In this document: positions 29,949 through 43,177 of the stretch, piece by piece | Position numbering within the stretch: position 1 is the first letter of the stretch | Layout: each line of letters begins with the position of its first letter | NCBI GenBank assembly: GCA_950097015.1 | Contig: CATNEN010000025.1 | Location: forward strand, 7,564,001-7,628,000 | DNA: 64,000 nt | Reading direction: 5' to 3' | From: Macrostomum hystrix | Lineage: Eukaryota > Animalia > Platyhelminthes | Translations under genes and position numbers: made by a program | Notes under the pieces: generated by a model | What the model saw: the letters and a program-made list of their open reading frames with translations, nothing else | The model's database searches: none | What the model was told of the DNA's origin: nothing

Positions 29949-30888
29949 ATGCTAGTTTAGGAAGTCCACACTTTCACGATGCTATTTTAAGAAGTCCACA
30001 CTTTTAGGATGCTATTTTAAGAAGTCCACACTTTTAGGATGCTAGTTTAGGAAGTCCACACTTTCACGATGCTATTTTAAGAAGTCCACACTTTTAGGAT
30101 GCTAGTTTAGGAACTCCACACCTTTAGTATGCTAGTTTAGGAAGTCCACACCTTTAGTATGCTAGTTTAGGAAGTCCACACTTTTAGGATGCTAGTTTAA
30201 GAAGTCCACACTTTTAGGATGCTAGTTTAAGAAGTCCACACTTTTAGGATGCTAGTTTAGGAAGTCCACACTTTTAGGATGCTAGTTTAGGAAGTCCACA
30301 CTTTCACGATGCTATTTTAAGAAGTCCACACTTTTAGGATGCTAGTTTAGGAACTCCACACCTTTAGTATGCTAGTTTAGGAAGTCCACACCTTTAGTAT
30401 GCTAGTTTAGGAAGTCCACACTTTTAGGATGCTAGTTTAGGAAGTCCACACTTTTAGGATGCTAGTTTAAGAAGTCCACACTTTTAGGATGCTAGTTTAA
30501 GAAGTCCACACTTTTAGGATGCTAGTTTAAGAAGTCCACACTTTCACGATGCTAGTTGAAGAAGTCCACACTTTTAGGATGCTAGTTTAAGAAGTCCACA
30601 CTTTTAGGATGCTAGTTTAGGAAGTACACACTTTTAGGATGCTAGTTTAAGAAGTCCACACTTTTAGGATGCTAGTTTAAGAAGTCCACACTTTTAGGAT
30701 GCTAGTTTAAGAAGTCCACACTTTCACGATGCTAGTTGAAGAAGTCCACACTTTTAGGATGCTAGTTTAAGAAGTCCACACTTTTAGGATGCTAGTTTAG
30801 GAAGTCCACACTTTTAGGATGCTAGTTTAAGAAGTCCACACTTTTAGGATGCTAGTTTAGGAAGTCCACAGTTTTAGGATGCTAGTTT
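29949..30888. repeat. 30-bp minisatellite (GATGCTAGTTTAGGAAGTCCACACTTTTAG), copy A, upstream of PGAP2
   Basis: Tandem copies. Confidence 0.96.
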
Positions 30889-30999
30889 TGGAAATTCAAA
30901 TCTTTAGCATGCAATTTATTAAATGCTTTCAGTGATTTGGCTGACAATTAGCGTCGAAAAACCCGGACACCTGGGGGCTGCAGCGGCATACATGATACA

Positions 31000-31774
31000 A
31001 TGCTCTGTCAGCCAGTTGGCAACGGCAGCTGGATGCGGCAACTGGCGATTTTTGCCTCCGCCCTGCCGGCTGCGGCCCTGCTCACCTGCGTGACCATCGC
31101 GATCCACTGGCACCCAGACACTCTCTCCACGCACTGTCGGGTCGGTGGCTGCCGGATGACTGTGAATTCTAAAACAGTGGGATGTCAGAGTGAGACAGTG
31201 GGATGTCAGAGTGAGACAGTGGGATGTCAGAGTGAGACAGTGGAATGTCAGAGTGAGACAGTGGGATGTCAGAGTGAGACAGTGGGATGTCATAGTGAGA
31301 CAGTGGGATGTCAGCGTGAGACAGTGGGATGTCAGCGTGAGACACTGGGATGTCAGCGTGAGACAGTGGGATGTCAGCGTGAGACAGTGGGATGTTAAAC
31401 TGTGTAACAGGCAGTTCGGGGACAGTGCAGAGAAGGGGCACATGTTAGTTCCAATGGCTCCTCCTGCTGCAGAACATCAACCGGCTGCCTTCAATCAGTG
31501 CTGCTGTTGGCCAGCGCAGCCCCGAGAAGCGCATCTGGTCCGTAAGCATCGCTGTCAGCTGCGCCCTCCGCCTGCTCGTGGCGGCCGCCTATCGCCAGAA
31601 AATTTCCACCAGACTGCCGCTCGGCTCCTTCCGCTGTGCCGGCTGCGGCCTCCTGCCCGCCACTCACTTCGGCCTCGCCTGCCTGGAGCTGGCCTCGCTG
31701 CTGGGCCTCTCCGTTGTGGCTTCCACGGACAACTACGGTACTTTTGGGACTGGTCTGCCTGCCTGCCTGCCTGA

Positions 31775-31807
<33 letters not shown>

Positions 31808-31854
31808 TGCCTGCCTGCCTGCCTGTCTGCCTGCCTGCCTGCCTGTCTGCCTGT

Positions 31855-31923
<69 letters not shown>

Positions 31924-31942
31924 TGCCTGCCTGCCTGCCTGT

Positions 31943-32015
<73 letters not shown>

Positions 32016-34324
32016 TGTCTGTCTGTTTGTCTGTCTGCCTGTCTGTCTGTCTGTTTTGTGTTCTGTCTGTCTGTCTGTATGCCTGTCTGTCTGTTTTGTG
32101 TTCTGTCTGTCTGTCTGTATGCCTGTCTGTCTGTTTTGTGTTCTGTCTGTCTGTCTGTATGCCTGTCTGTCTGTTTTGTGTTCTGTCTGTCTGTCTGTAT
32201 GCCTGTCTGTCTGTTTTGTGTTCTGTCTGTCTGTCTGTATGCCTGTCTGCCTGTCTGTCAAACATAGTTGCAACCATTTGTTTAATCCGCAGCGTTCCAT
32301 CGCAACTGCTTTGTAACATTTCTGCTGTCCTCATTTGCCTATATGCTTCTGCACCTGTGGATTGTGGCCAATTCTCGATTGAAAAGTTATTCAAAAGCCT
32401 TGCAAGAAGATGCGCTGTTTACTACTAGGGTAAGTAAGGAACTTTTTCAGTAGTGTTGTTAGCGTGTTTTCTTGAAAATTGAATTTTATTTTGATACCGA
32501 TTTCAGTTAAATGAGAAACTTTTCAAACTTAGTACTAAATTACCCTTTTGGCACTACCTCCTGCAGATATGATTATGGTCATTGTTGTTGTGTCCTAAAT
32601 TGGCAGGTTAGTCCCTGGTTTGTATTAGATTAATGTCAGTCATAATTATTAAATCCGTAAGTTTTACTCTGAGTGTTTCAATGCCTGCGTTTTCACAACA
32701 TTTCACGCAACAACTTTGAAGTGCCGCTCTAAAAAGCTAAATACTCGTAGAGGAGAGATAAGACAGGGGAGAGATGAGACAGGGGAGAGTTGAGACAGGA
32801 GAGATAAGACAGCGGAGAGTTAAGACACAAAATAGATGAGACGGGGAGAGATGAGACAGAAGAGATGAGACGGGGAGAGATGAGACAGAAGAGATGAGAC
32901 AGAAGAGATGAGACGGGGAGAGATGAGACAGAAGAGATGAGACGGGGAGAGATGAGACAGAAGAGATGAGACGGGGAGAGATGAGACAGAAGAGATGAGA
33001 CGGGGAGAGATGAGACAGAAGAGATGAGACGGGGAGAGATGAGACAGAAGAGATGAGACACGGAAGATATTAGAAATGGAATAGATGAGACACGGAAGAG
33101 GTAAGACAGGGGAGAAATGAGACACGGAAGAGATGAGACACGAAAGAGATGAGACTGGGGAGAAATGAGACAGGGGAGAGATGAGACACGGAAGAGATTA
33201 GACGGAAAAACTGACAGGGGAAATATTAGACACGGGACAGTTAAAAGGTAAGTATTCAGAATTTTAGCTTGAATCTGAAGCACGATGGGACACACCAATT
33301 ACTATAAAGAAAAAAGACAATTCTTTAAAAGTAAGTAGAACGCTTTTTACGGAGAACTTAATAATTTCTAAGCCGGAGATTTTCGTTTAGAGTCGCTTAA
33401 AAAAATTAGTAAATATTGTCATTATTTCTTACATTCATTTAGCGGACGATACACAAATCAATAAATTTTAAAGCCTAACATTTTGTTAAATATACTCGTA
33501 TTTAACTGTGTTTCTCTTTTACGAATCTAATAAAAACTAACTATACTACTGTCGCACTTCTATCGATAAAACGAGATTTGCATTTTTAAGTTCCTACGTA
33601 CCTGTGAATAAAATTCAATCGCAGAATTGATTATAAATTTTTTCCAGTGCTTTGTCGCCAAACTAATCGCAACGGCCTGCTACTGCGCCAGCATCCTATT
33701 AGCTGCGTACTTTTACGCCAGGCATCAGGCCTTCTGCGAGGATATGAGTGAGTGCGCTGATCTGTTGATCTAGCCGTGACTTGTCTCCCTATCTACCTGT
33801 CTCCCTATCTACCTGTCTCCCTATCTACCTGTCTCCCTATCAACCTGTCTCCCTATCTACCTGTCTCCCTATCTACCTGTCTCCCTATCTACCTGTCTCC
33901 CTATCTACCTGTCTCCCTATCTACCTGTCTCCCTATCTACCTGTCTCCCTATTTACCTGTCTCCCTATCTACCTGTCTCCCTATCTACCTGTCTCCCTAT
34001 CTACCTGTCTCCCTATCTACCTGTCTCCCTATCAGCAGTCTATCTTCCTGTCCCTACGCCCACCTGTCTTATGTGAGCAGTGTTAACCGCCGAGTCCCCT
34101 ATTATCCAATGGCAGTGTACAGCTACTTCGCCGCAGCCGAGTACGCAGTTGTGTACGCCAATATTGCGTTCCATTTCACCGCCTACAGCGATCTTGGCAG
34201 AGTGCCAATTAGGCTGGTGATTGAGCGCGAATTGCAGCAGGACTACTGCAAGTCACGTGCCTTCAGGACTACCGGGTGGGTCTATTGCCTCCGTGCTGCC
34301 TGTGTTTTCTTGAAGTATCGATAG
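31000..34324 (+). CDS. PGAP2: Post-GPI attachment to proteins factor 2 (Frag1/DRAM/Sfk1 family), 5 exons, ~283 aa
   Basis: Exons 31000-31140, 31473-31737, 32293-32429, 33648-33747, 34116-34324 (852 nt, phases consistent). Motifs THCR-NINRLPSISAAVG, PEKRIW, TDNYAFHRNCF, YFYARHQAFCEDMMYSYFAAAEYAVVYANIAFHFTAYSDLG parallel the PGAP2 motifs THC..NYLPSVSSAIG / YFRHNMYCE..YTIFAILEY....NMAFH. The exact N- and C-termini are less certain. Confidence 0.88.
31172..31396. repeat. 21-bp minisatellite (GTGAGACAGTGGGATGTCAGA), PGAP2 intron 1
   Basis: Tandem copies. Confidence 0.93.
31754..32258. repeat. (CCTG)n then TCTG-based 40-bp repeat, PGAP2 intron 2
   Basis: Direct observation. Confidence 0.95.
32752..33240. 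repeat. GAGATGAGAC-based 14/15/29-bp repeat, PGAP2 intron 3
   Basis: Tandem copies. Confidence 0.9.
33782..34032. repeat. 16-bp minisatellite (CTGTCTCCCTATCTAC), PGAP2 intron 4
   Basis: Tandem copies. Confidence 0.95.
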
Positions 34325-34335
34325 TGAAGGCAGAT

Positions 34336-35060
34336 TAGACTGAGAGCAGAGCAACTGAGAACGGAAGGATTGAGAGGTAGAGTGACTGAGAAAGGAGTGA
34401 TTAAGAAGTAGAGTGACTGATATGGAGAGTGACTGAGAAGGTGGGTGACTGATAAGGAGAGTGACTGATAAGGAGAGTGACTGAGAAGGAGAGTGACTGA
34501 TAAGGAGAGTGACTGGGAAGGAGAGTAACTGAGAAGGAGAGTGACTGAGAAGATGGGTGACTGGGAAGGAGAGTGACTGAGAAGGTGGGTGACTGAGAAA
34601 GATAGTGACTGATAAGGAGAGTGACTGAGAAGGTGGGTGACTGATAAGGAGAGTGACTGGGAAGGAGAGTGACTGGGAAGGAGAGTAACTGAGAAGGTGG
34701 ATGACTGGGAAGGAGAGTGACTGAAAAGGTGGGTGACTGGGAAGGAGAGTGACTGGGAAGGTGGGTGACTGGGAAGGAGAGTGACTGGGAAGGAGAGTGA
34801 CTGAGAAGGTGGGTGACTGGGAAGGAGAGTGACTGAGAAGGTGGGTGACTGGGAAGGAGAGTGACTGGGAAGGAGAGTGACTGAGAAGGTGGGTGACTGA
34901 TAAGGAGAGTGACTGGGAAGGAGAGTGACTGAGAAGGTGGGTGACTGATAAGGAGAGTGACTGGGAAGGAGAGTAACTGAGAAGGAGAGTGACTGGGAAT
35001 GAGAGTGACTGAAGAGAGGGTGACTGATCAGGTGGGTGCCTGAGATAGGGATGACTGGGC
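34336..35060. repeat. 16-bp purine-rich minisatellite (GAGAGTGACTGAGAAG)
   Basis: Tandem copies with variants. Confidence 0.9.
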
Positions 35061-35595
35061 GAATTAAAAAACTAAGATGAATCTTGATTTCATGTTTCAG
35101 GAAAACTAACTAAAATAGACGAGCGTAAAAGCTTGGTAAATGAATCAATGCAATGCACTAGTTAACTAGTATATCTATTTTTTCTTTGGTGCAATTGCTT
35201 AACAAAGATTGGCTAAGGATTATTCTTGATGGGATATTATATTATACTGTTATTGAAATCCCAAATAAAAAAAACACGCAGCCACACAAACACCGCCATT
35301 TCAGCCGAAGTGACACGTATTCGATTTTGAATCTCGCCAGCTTCTCAACCTGGACACCGCTGCTTCTCATCTAGGTCTAAGCTGCCTTCTTCCAGTCAGA
35401 TTATTGATAATTCGCAAATATATAAACAAACCGCTGTGCCGTTTTAGATGGACGTTTGACGATTAGCTGACACAAATAACAGCAAAGTTGGTGTTAAATT
35501 CAAATAGATGTAGAGGAGAATGTCTATCAATGAACAGTAAATAAAAGAAAGAAAAATTTCATTTTATTAATGCACTGATCAAGAGAGATTATAAA

Positions 35596-37629
35596 AGTCC
35601 ACACTTTTAGTATGCTAGTTTAGGAAGTCCACACTTTTAGGATGCTAGTTTAGGAAGTCCACACTTTTAGGATGCTAGTTTAGGAAGTCCACACTTTCAC
35701 GATGCTAGTTGAAGAAGTCCACACTTTTAGGATGCTAGTTTAAGAAGTCCACACTTTTAGGATGCTAGTTTAGGAAGTCCACACTTTTAGGATGCTAGTT
35801 TAGAAAGTCCACACTTTTAGTATGCTAGTTTAAGAAGTCCACACTTTTAGTATGCTAGTTTAAGAAGTCCACACTTTTAGTATGCTAGTTTAGAAAGTCC
35901 ACACCTTTAGTATGCTAGTTTAGGAACTCCACACCTTTAGTATGCTAGTTTAGGAAGTCCACACCTTTAGTATGCTAGTTTAGGAACTCCACACCTTTAG
36001 TATGCTAGTTTAGGAACTCCACACCTTTAGTATGCTAGTTTAGGAACTCCACACCTTTAGTATGCTAGTTTAGGAACTCCATACCTTTAGTATGCTAGTT
36101 TAGGAACTCCACAGTTTTAGGATGCTAGTTTAGGAAGTCCACACTTTTAGGATGCTAGTTTAGGAATTCCACAGTTTTAGGATGCTAGTTTAGGAAGTCC
36201 ACAGTTTTAGGATGCTAGTTTAGGAAGTCCACACTTTTAGGATGCTAGTTTAAGAAGTCCACACTTTTAGGATGCTAGTTTAGGAATTCCACAGTTTTAG
36301 GATGCTAGTTTAGGAAGTCCACAGTTTTAGGATGCTAGTTTAGGAAGTCCACAGTTTTAGGATGCTAGTTTAAGAAGTCCACAGTTTTAGGATGCTAGTT
36401 TAGGAAGTCCACACTTTTAGGATGCTAGTTTAAGAAGTCCACACTTTTAGGATGCTAGTTTAGGAACTCCACAGTTTTAGGATGCTAGTTTAGGGAGTCC
36501 ACAGTTTTAGTATGCTAGTTTAGAAAGTTCACACTTTTAGGATGCTAGTTTAAGAAGTCCACAGTTTTAGTATGCTAGTTTAGAAAGTTCACACTTTTAG
36601 GATGCTAGTTTAAGAAGTCCACAGTTTTAGTATGCTAGTTTAGAAAGTTCACACTTTTAGGATGCTAGTTTAAGAAGTCCACACTTTTAGTATGCTAGTT
36701 TAGGAAGTCCACACTTTTAGGATGCTAGTTTAGAAAGTCCACACTTTTAGGATGCTCGTTTAGGAAGTCCACACTTTTAGGATGCTCGTTTAGGAAGTCC
36801 ACAGTTTTAGGATGCTAGTTTAAGAAGTCCACACTTTTAGGATGCTAGTTTAGGAAGTTTACAGTTTTAGGATGCTAGTTTAGGAAGTCCACACTTTTAG
36901 GATGCTAGTTTAGGAAGTCCACACTTTTAGGATGCTAGTTTAGGAAGTCCACACTTTCACGATGCTAGTTGAAGAAGTCCACACTTTTAGGATGCTAGTT
37001 TAAGAAGTCCACACTTTTAGGATGCTAGTTTAGGAAGTCCACACTTTTAGGATGCTAGTTTAGAAAGTCCACACTTTTAGGATGCTAGTTTAGGAAGTCC
37101 ACACTTTTAGGATGCTAGTTTAGGAAGTCCACACTTTTAGGATGCTAGTTTAGAAAGTCCACACTTTTAGGATGCTCGTTTAGAAAGTCCACAGTTTTAG
37201 GATGCTAGTTTAAGAAGTCCACACTTTTAGGATGCTAGTTTAGGAAGTTTACAGTTTTAGGATGCTAGTTTAGGAAGTCCACACTTTTAGGATGCTAGTT
37301 TAGGAAGTCCACACTTTTAGGATGCTAGTTTAGGAAGTCCACACTTTCACGATGCTAGTTGAAGAAGTCCACACTTTTAGGATGCTAGTTTAAGAAGTCC
37401 ACACTTTTAGGATGCTAGTTTAGGAAGTCCACACTTTTAGGATGCTAGTTTAGAAAGTCCACACTTTTAGGATGCTAGTTTAGGAAGTCCACACTTTTAG
37501 GATGCTAGTTTAGGAAGTCCACACTTTTAGGATGCTAGTTTAGAAAGTCCACACTTTTAGGATGCTCGTTTAGAAAGTCCACAGTTTTAGGATGCTAGTT
37601 TAAGAAGTCCACACTTTTAGGATGCTAGT
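35596..37629. repeat. 30-bp minisatellite, copy B (same unit as 29949-30888)
   Basis: Tandem copies, same orientation as copy A. Confidence 0.96.
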
Positions 37630-37976
37630 CAAGGAGATTCAAATCCTTAGCATGCAATTAAAAAATGCTTTCCTTGATTTGGCTGACAATATGCGGTGAC
37701 AACCGCGTTCATTTTAAAGTGCAAGGAACGATATCTGAACAGTGTTTGTTTTTTGCATGCCTACATGCGCCTCTTCCTTAATTAAATTGATCGCGTTCAA
37801 CTGGGATCAAAATAAAAAAGGTCAAAAGGCTATTTATTTTTAATGTCTCTGTACGTACTGCGAAGAATAAAACTTTTCTTTGTGATCTCTGTCTTCCTTC
37901 ATTTCTGTTTAAGTTAGAAGTTTGCTTAAAAAAGTTCTGAGAACAAAGCCATGAGAAATGGAAACAACCGTTTTGT

Positions 37977-38770
37977 GGCGTGAGAAGCAGCCATTTTATC
38001 ACGTGAGAAACAGCCATTCTATCACGTAAGAAACAGCCATTCTATCACGTGAGAAACAGCCATTCTATCACGTGAGAAACAGCCATTCTATCACGCGAGA
38101 AACTGCCATTCTATCACGCGAGAAACTGCCATTCTATCACTGAGAAACTGCCATTCTATCACGCGAGAAACTGCCATTCTATCACGCGAGAAACTGCCAT
38201 TCTCTGGCGTGAGAAACAGTCATTCTCTAGCATGAGAAACAGTCATTCTCTAGCATGAGAAACAGTCATTCTCTAGCGTGAGAAACAGTCATTCTCTAGC
38301 ATTAGAAACAGTCATTCTCTAGCGTGAGAAACAGTCATTCTCTAGCGTGAGAAACAGTCATTCTCTAGCATGAGAAACAGTCATTCTCTAGCATGAGAAA
38401 CAGTCATTCTCTAGCATGAGAAACAGTCATTCTCTAGCGTGAGAAACAGTCATTCTCTATCATGAGAAACAGTCATTCTCTAGCGTGAGAAACAGTCATT
38501 CTCTATCATGAGAAACAGTCATTCTCTAGCATGAGAAACAGTCATTCTCTATCATGAGAAACAGTCATTCTCTAGCATGAGAAACAGTCATTCTCTAGCA
38601 TGAGAAACAGTCATTCTCTATCATGAGAAACAGTCATTCTCTAGCATGAGAAACAGTCATTCTCTAGCATGAGAAACAGTCATTCTCTATCATGAGAAAC
38701 AGTCATTCTCTAGAATGAGAAACAGTCATTCTCTAGCGTGAGAAAAGTTCATTTTGTAGCGTGAGAAACA
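37977..38770. repeat. 23-bp minisatellite (GAGAAACAGTCATTCTCTAGCAT)
   Basis: Tandem copies. Confidence 0.95.
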
Positions 38771-39517
38771 GTTAAATTAGTCTGAACGCTACAGAATTCA
38801 CAGAATGATTGATGCGGGTGTCCTGAGCTGTTCTCAGACCCTGCTTTGGTTTGGGCGATTGTTATCCGATTATTCTTCGGCTTGCAGCAGAAACACGTTG
38901 GCCGCAATTGTGCCCACATTGTCTGGTTAACCTTGACTGTTATGCCCCCGCGGCCGCAGTATAACATGTACCGGTGTAGCGGCACTGCTCAGTGTTTGTG
39001 TGGGAGGCGTGGCATGTGGTCCATCATAGCCGTCGACTTCAGGAGCCCAGTTTCCTGATAACTACCTTCAGCCTGAGTTCTCGACTCATACAATGCGATA
39101 CAGTTCTTACTCAATTGTAATTTTGTGAGTCTTTGAATCCTTCAAAGTAAGCTTAAGTTATGAGCGCTCATTTTGCGTGGCCTCATTGTTGAGCTGATTG
39201 TAGGAACACCCTGAACTAGAGCCGATAGCCTCTAGTTGGGAGCAAGCTTAGCTGTACCTGCATGTATGTGCGGTGGGGGAGTTTGCGCATAAATAGTTCC
39301 CACTTCCCAATCCGCTCAATCTTCGCCCCCGCCGCACCAAGTGACGTTTTGGAAGCTTTTACTGACTGTTGCGTAACGACCGATCTTCTGATAACTGGGT
39401 GAGTGAATTCGGCGCAAAGAGAACTGCCAGATCTGACTCGCTGAAACTATTATTATCCCACCAACAATAACTGTTATTATCCCACTCACTAAATTTGTTA
39501 TTATCACTGGACGAGAA

Positions 39518-41035
39518 GATCAAACTCCCTAAACTTTAAAGATCTCACTCCTAAACTAAAAAGATCCCTAAACTATGATGATCCCACTCCCTAAACTATG
39601 AATATCCCACTCCCTAAACTATGAATATCCCACCCCACAAACAAGATCCATCTCCCTAAACTATAAAGATCCCACTCCCTAAACTATGAAGATCCCACTC
39701 CCTAAACTATGAAGATCCCACTCCCTAAACTATGAAGATCCCACCCCACAAACAAGATCCCTCTCCCTAAACTATAAAGATCCTACTACCTAAACTAAAA
39801 AGATCCCACTCCCTAAACTAAAAAGATCCCACTTCCTAAATTTTAAAGATCCCACTCCCTAAACTATAAAGATTCTACTCCCTAAACTATAAAGATCCCG
39901 CTCCCTAAACTATAAAGATCCCACTCCCTAAACTATAAAGATCCCACTCCCTAAACTATAAAGATCCCACTCCCTAAACTATGAAGATCCCACTCCCTAA
40001 ACTATAAAGATCCCACTCCCTAAACTAAAAGATCCCACTCCCTAACTAAAAAGATCCCACTCCCTAAACTATGAAGATCCCACTCCCTAAACTATAAAGA
40101 TCCCACTCCCTAAACTATAAAGATCCCACTCCCTAAACTAAAAGATCCCACTCCCTAACTAAAAAGATCCCACTCCCTAAACTATAAAGATCCCACTCCC
40201 TAAACTATAAAGATCCCACTCCCTAAACTATAAAGATCCCACTCCCTAACTAAAAAGATCCCACTCCCTAAACTATGAAGATCCCACTCCCTAAACTATG
40301 AAGATCCCACTCCCTAAACTATAAAGATCCCACTCCCTAAACTAAAAGATCCCACTCCCTAAACTAAAAAATCCCACTCCCTAACTAAAAAGATCCCACT
40401 CCCTAAACTATGAAGATCCCACTCCCTAAGCTATAAAGATCCCACTCCCTAAGCTATGAAGATCCCATTCCCTAAACTATGAAGATCCTACTACCTAAAC
40501 TAAAAAGATCCCACTCCCTAAACTAAAAAGATCCCACTTCCTAAACTAAAAAGATCCCACTCCCTAAAATTTAAAGATCCCACTCCTGAACTATGAAGAT
40601 CCCACTCCCTAAACTATAAAGATCCCACTCCCTAAACTAAAAAGATCCCACTCCCTAAACTATAAAGATCCCACTCCCTAAACTATAAAGATCCCACTCC
40701 CTAAACTAAAAGATCCCACTCCCTAAACTAAAAGATCCCACTCCCTAACTAAAAAGATCCCACTCCCTAAACTATGAAGATCCCACTCCCTAAACTATAA
40801 AGATCCCACTCCCTAAACTAAAAGATCCCACTCCCTAAACTAAAAGATCCCACTCCCTAACTAAAAAGATCCCACTCCCTAAACTATGAAGATCCCACTC
40901 CCTAAACTATAAAGATCCCACTCCCTAAACTAAAAGATCCCACTCCCTAAACTAAAAGATCCCACTCTCTAACTAAAAAGATCCCACTTCCTTAACTATG
41001 AAGATCCCACTCCCCAAACAATGAAAATCCCATTC
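39518..41035. repeat. 22-23-bp minisatellite (AAAGATCCCACTCCCTAAACTAT)
   Basis: Tandem copies. Confidence 0.95.
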
Positions 41036-41167
41036 GCTGACTCCTTAAAGACGACACTCATTGAAACATCCCAGTGACTAAATATATCTAGTTTTTTTCC
41101 TAGGTTTAAATCCCGAGAAGCCTCTTACAGACCTTGAGCTTGCTCAACTTAATCAACAGTCGTCGCG

Positions 41168-42053
41168 ATGAATTCGTTGGGCATCATCGCCGCCGTCTGC
41201 TCCGTGCTGGCCGTCGGCCTCCTGCTGTACAGCCGAAACCGGGGCCGCGTCTACGCCTTCCTAATGGAGCGCATCTGCCGGGCCTACAATGCCCTCTGCT
41301 GGGACCGCAAGCGGCGCCTCTTTGCCTGCCTCGGCGAGCGCTTCGCTGGTCGCCGGTTCATCCACGTCCTGGAGATCGGCGGCGGCTCCGGCGCCAATTT
41401 CGCCTTCATGCAGGCCGCTTTCAGTGGCCGAATCTTCCTGTCTGTGGTGGATCCGTGCCGCGAGGCCCGGCCCTACCTCATGTCCGAGGTCGCCCGCTGG
41501 CCAACCATTCGGCTGGAGCGCCACCTTGTCCGCTGCGCCGAGGATCTGGCCGGCGCGTTTCCTGACCAATTCTTCGACGCCGTTGTTGTGACCTTTGTGC
41601 TCTGCTCCGTGCGCGACGCGGACCGGGTTTTGGCCGAGGTTGTCCGCGTGCTGAAACCGGTGCGAACCGCTAATTTCTAATTGGCTGCTTTTTTGCTATG
41701 CTGTTGCTATGGCTAGCTTCGTTGCTATGTTGTTGCTAATGCTGCTACTCAATGCTGATTAGCATATTATTCGTAGTAGTATTAGTTGTCTAAATTTAAG
41801 CCGTCTCCATGGTCAGAACGGCGTCTTCATCTTCCTGGAGCACGTGGCCTCAAGCCGGCCCTGGGTTCGCTACGTGCAGCGCCTCTGCCAGCCGATTTGG
41901 TCCGTGATCTTCTGCGACTGCCGCCTGTTGAATGACCCGGAGGCCAGCCTGACTGGCGCTGGATTTCGTCAGCTGAACTATCGGCGAAACTGCGACCTGC
42001 CCGCGCACGCCCTGCTGGTCCAGGAGCAACTAGAGGGACACGCCGTCAAGTAG
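41168..42053 (+). CDS. METTL7: METTL7/TMT1-like SAM-dependent (thiol) methyltransferase, 2 exons, ~242 aa
   Basis: Exons 41168-41659 and 41817-42053 (729 nt). Hydrophobic N-terminal anchor; motif I VLEIGGGSGANF; VVDP; FDAVVVTFVLCSV; EVVRVLKP|NGVFIFLEHV; QRLCQPIWSVIFCDCRL. Confidence 0.9.
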
Positions 42054-42149
42054 CGCCTGTCGGATGACCATCCAAGAGAATCACCTGACAATTTGCACTT
42101 TAGCGTGTTCTAGTGACCACCTATTGATTACGGGGATGAAGCGGGTATC

Positions 42150-43177
42150 AGTGTGCGTTATTTACCAACGGATAATAAAGGGGTGCAGCAGGTGTCAGTG
42201 TGTGTTAATTACTTCACCTGATAATTAAGGAGTGCAGCAGGTGTCAGTGTGCGTTAATTACCACCTGATAATTCAGGAGTGCAGCAGGTGTCAGTGTGCG
42301 TTAATTACCAACGGATAATAAAGGGGTGCAGCAGGTGTCAGTGTGTGTTAATTACTTCACCTGATAATTAAGGAATGCAGCAGGTGTCAGTGTGTGTTAA
42401 TTACTTCACCTGATAATTAATTAGGGGTGCAGCAAGTGGCAGTGTGTGTTAATTACCACCTGATAATTAAGGAGTGCAGCAGGTGTCAGTGTGAGTTAAT
42501 TAAAACCTGATAATTAATTAGGGGTGCAGCAAGTGTCAGTGTGTGTTAATTACTTCACCTGATAATTAAGGAGTGCAGCAGGTGTCAGTGTGAGTTAATT
42601 AAAACCTGATAATTAATTAGGGGTGCAGCAAGTGTCAGTGTGTGTTAATTACTTCACCTGATAATTAAGGAGTGCAGCAGGTGTCAGTGTGTGTTAATTA
42701 CTTCACCTGATAATTCAGGAGTGCAGCAGGTGTCAGTGTGCGTTAATTACCAACGGATAATAAAGGGGTGCAGCAGGTGTCAGTGTGTGTTAATTACTTC
42801 ACCTGATAATTAAGGAATGCAGCAGGTGTCAGTGTGTGTTAATTACTTCACCTGATAATTAATTAAGGGTGCAGCAAGTGGCAGTGTGTGTTAATTACCA
42901 CCTGATAATTAAGGAGTGCAGCAGGTGTCAGTGTGTGTTAATTAAAACCTGATAATTAATTAGGGGTGCAGCAAGTGTCAGTGTGTGTTAATTACCAACG
43001 GATAATAAAGGGGTGCAGCAGGTGTCAGTGTGTGTTAATTACTTCACCTGATAATTAAGGAGTGCAGCAGGTGTCAGTGTGTGTTAATTACCACCTGATA
43101 ATTCAGGAGTGCAGCAGGTGTCAGTGTGCGTTAATTACCAACGGATAATAAAGGGGTGCAGTAGGTGTCAGTGTGTA
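42150..43177. repeat. ~47-53-bp minisatellite (GTGCAGCAGGTGTCAGTGTGTGTTAATTACTTCACCTGATAATTAAGGA)
   Basis: Tandem copies between METTL7 and FGF. Confidence 0.93.
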
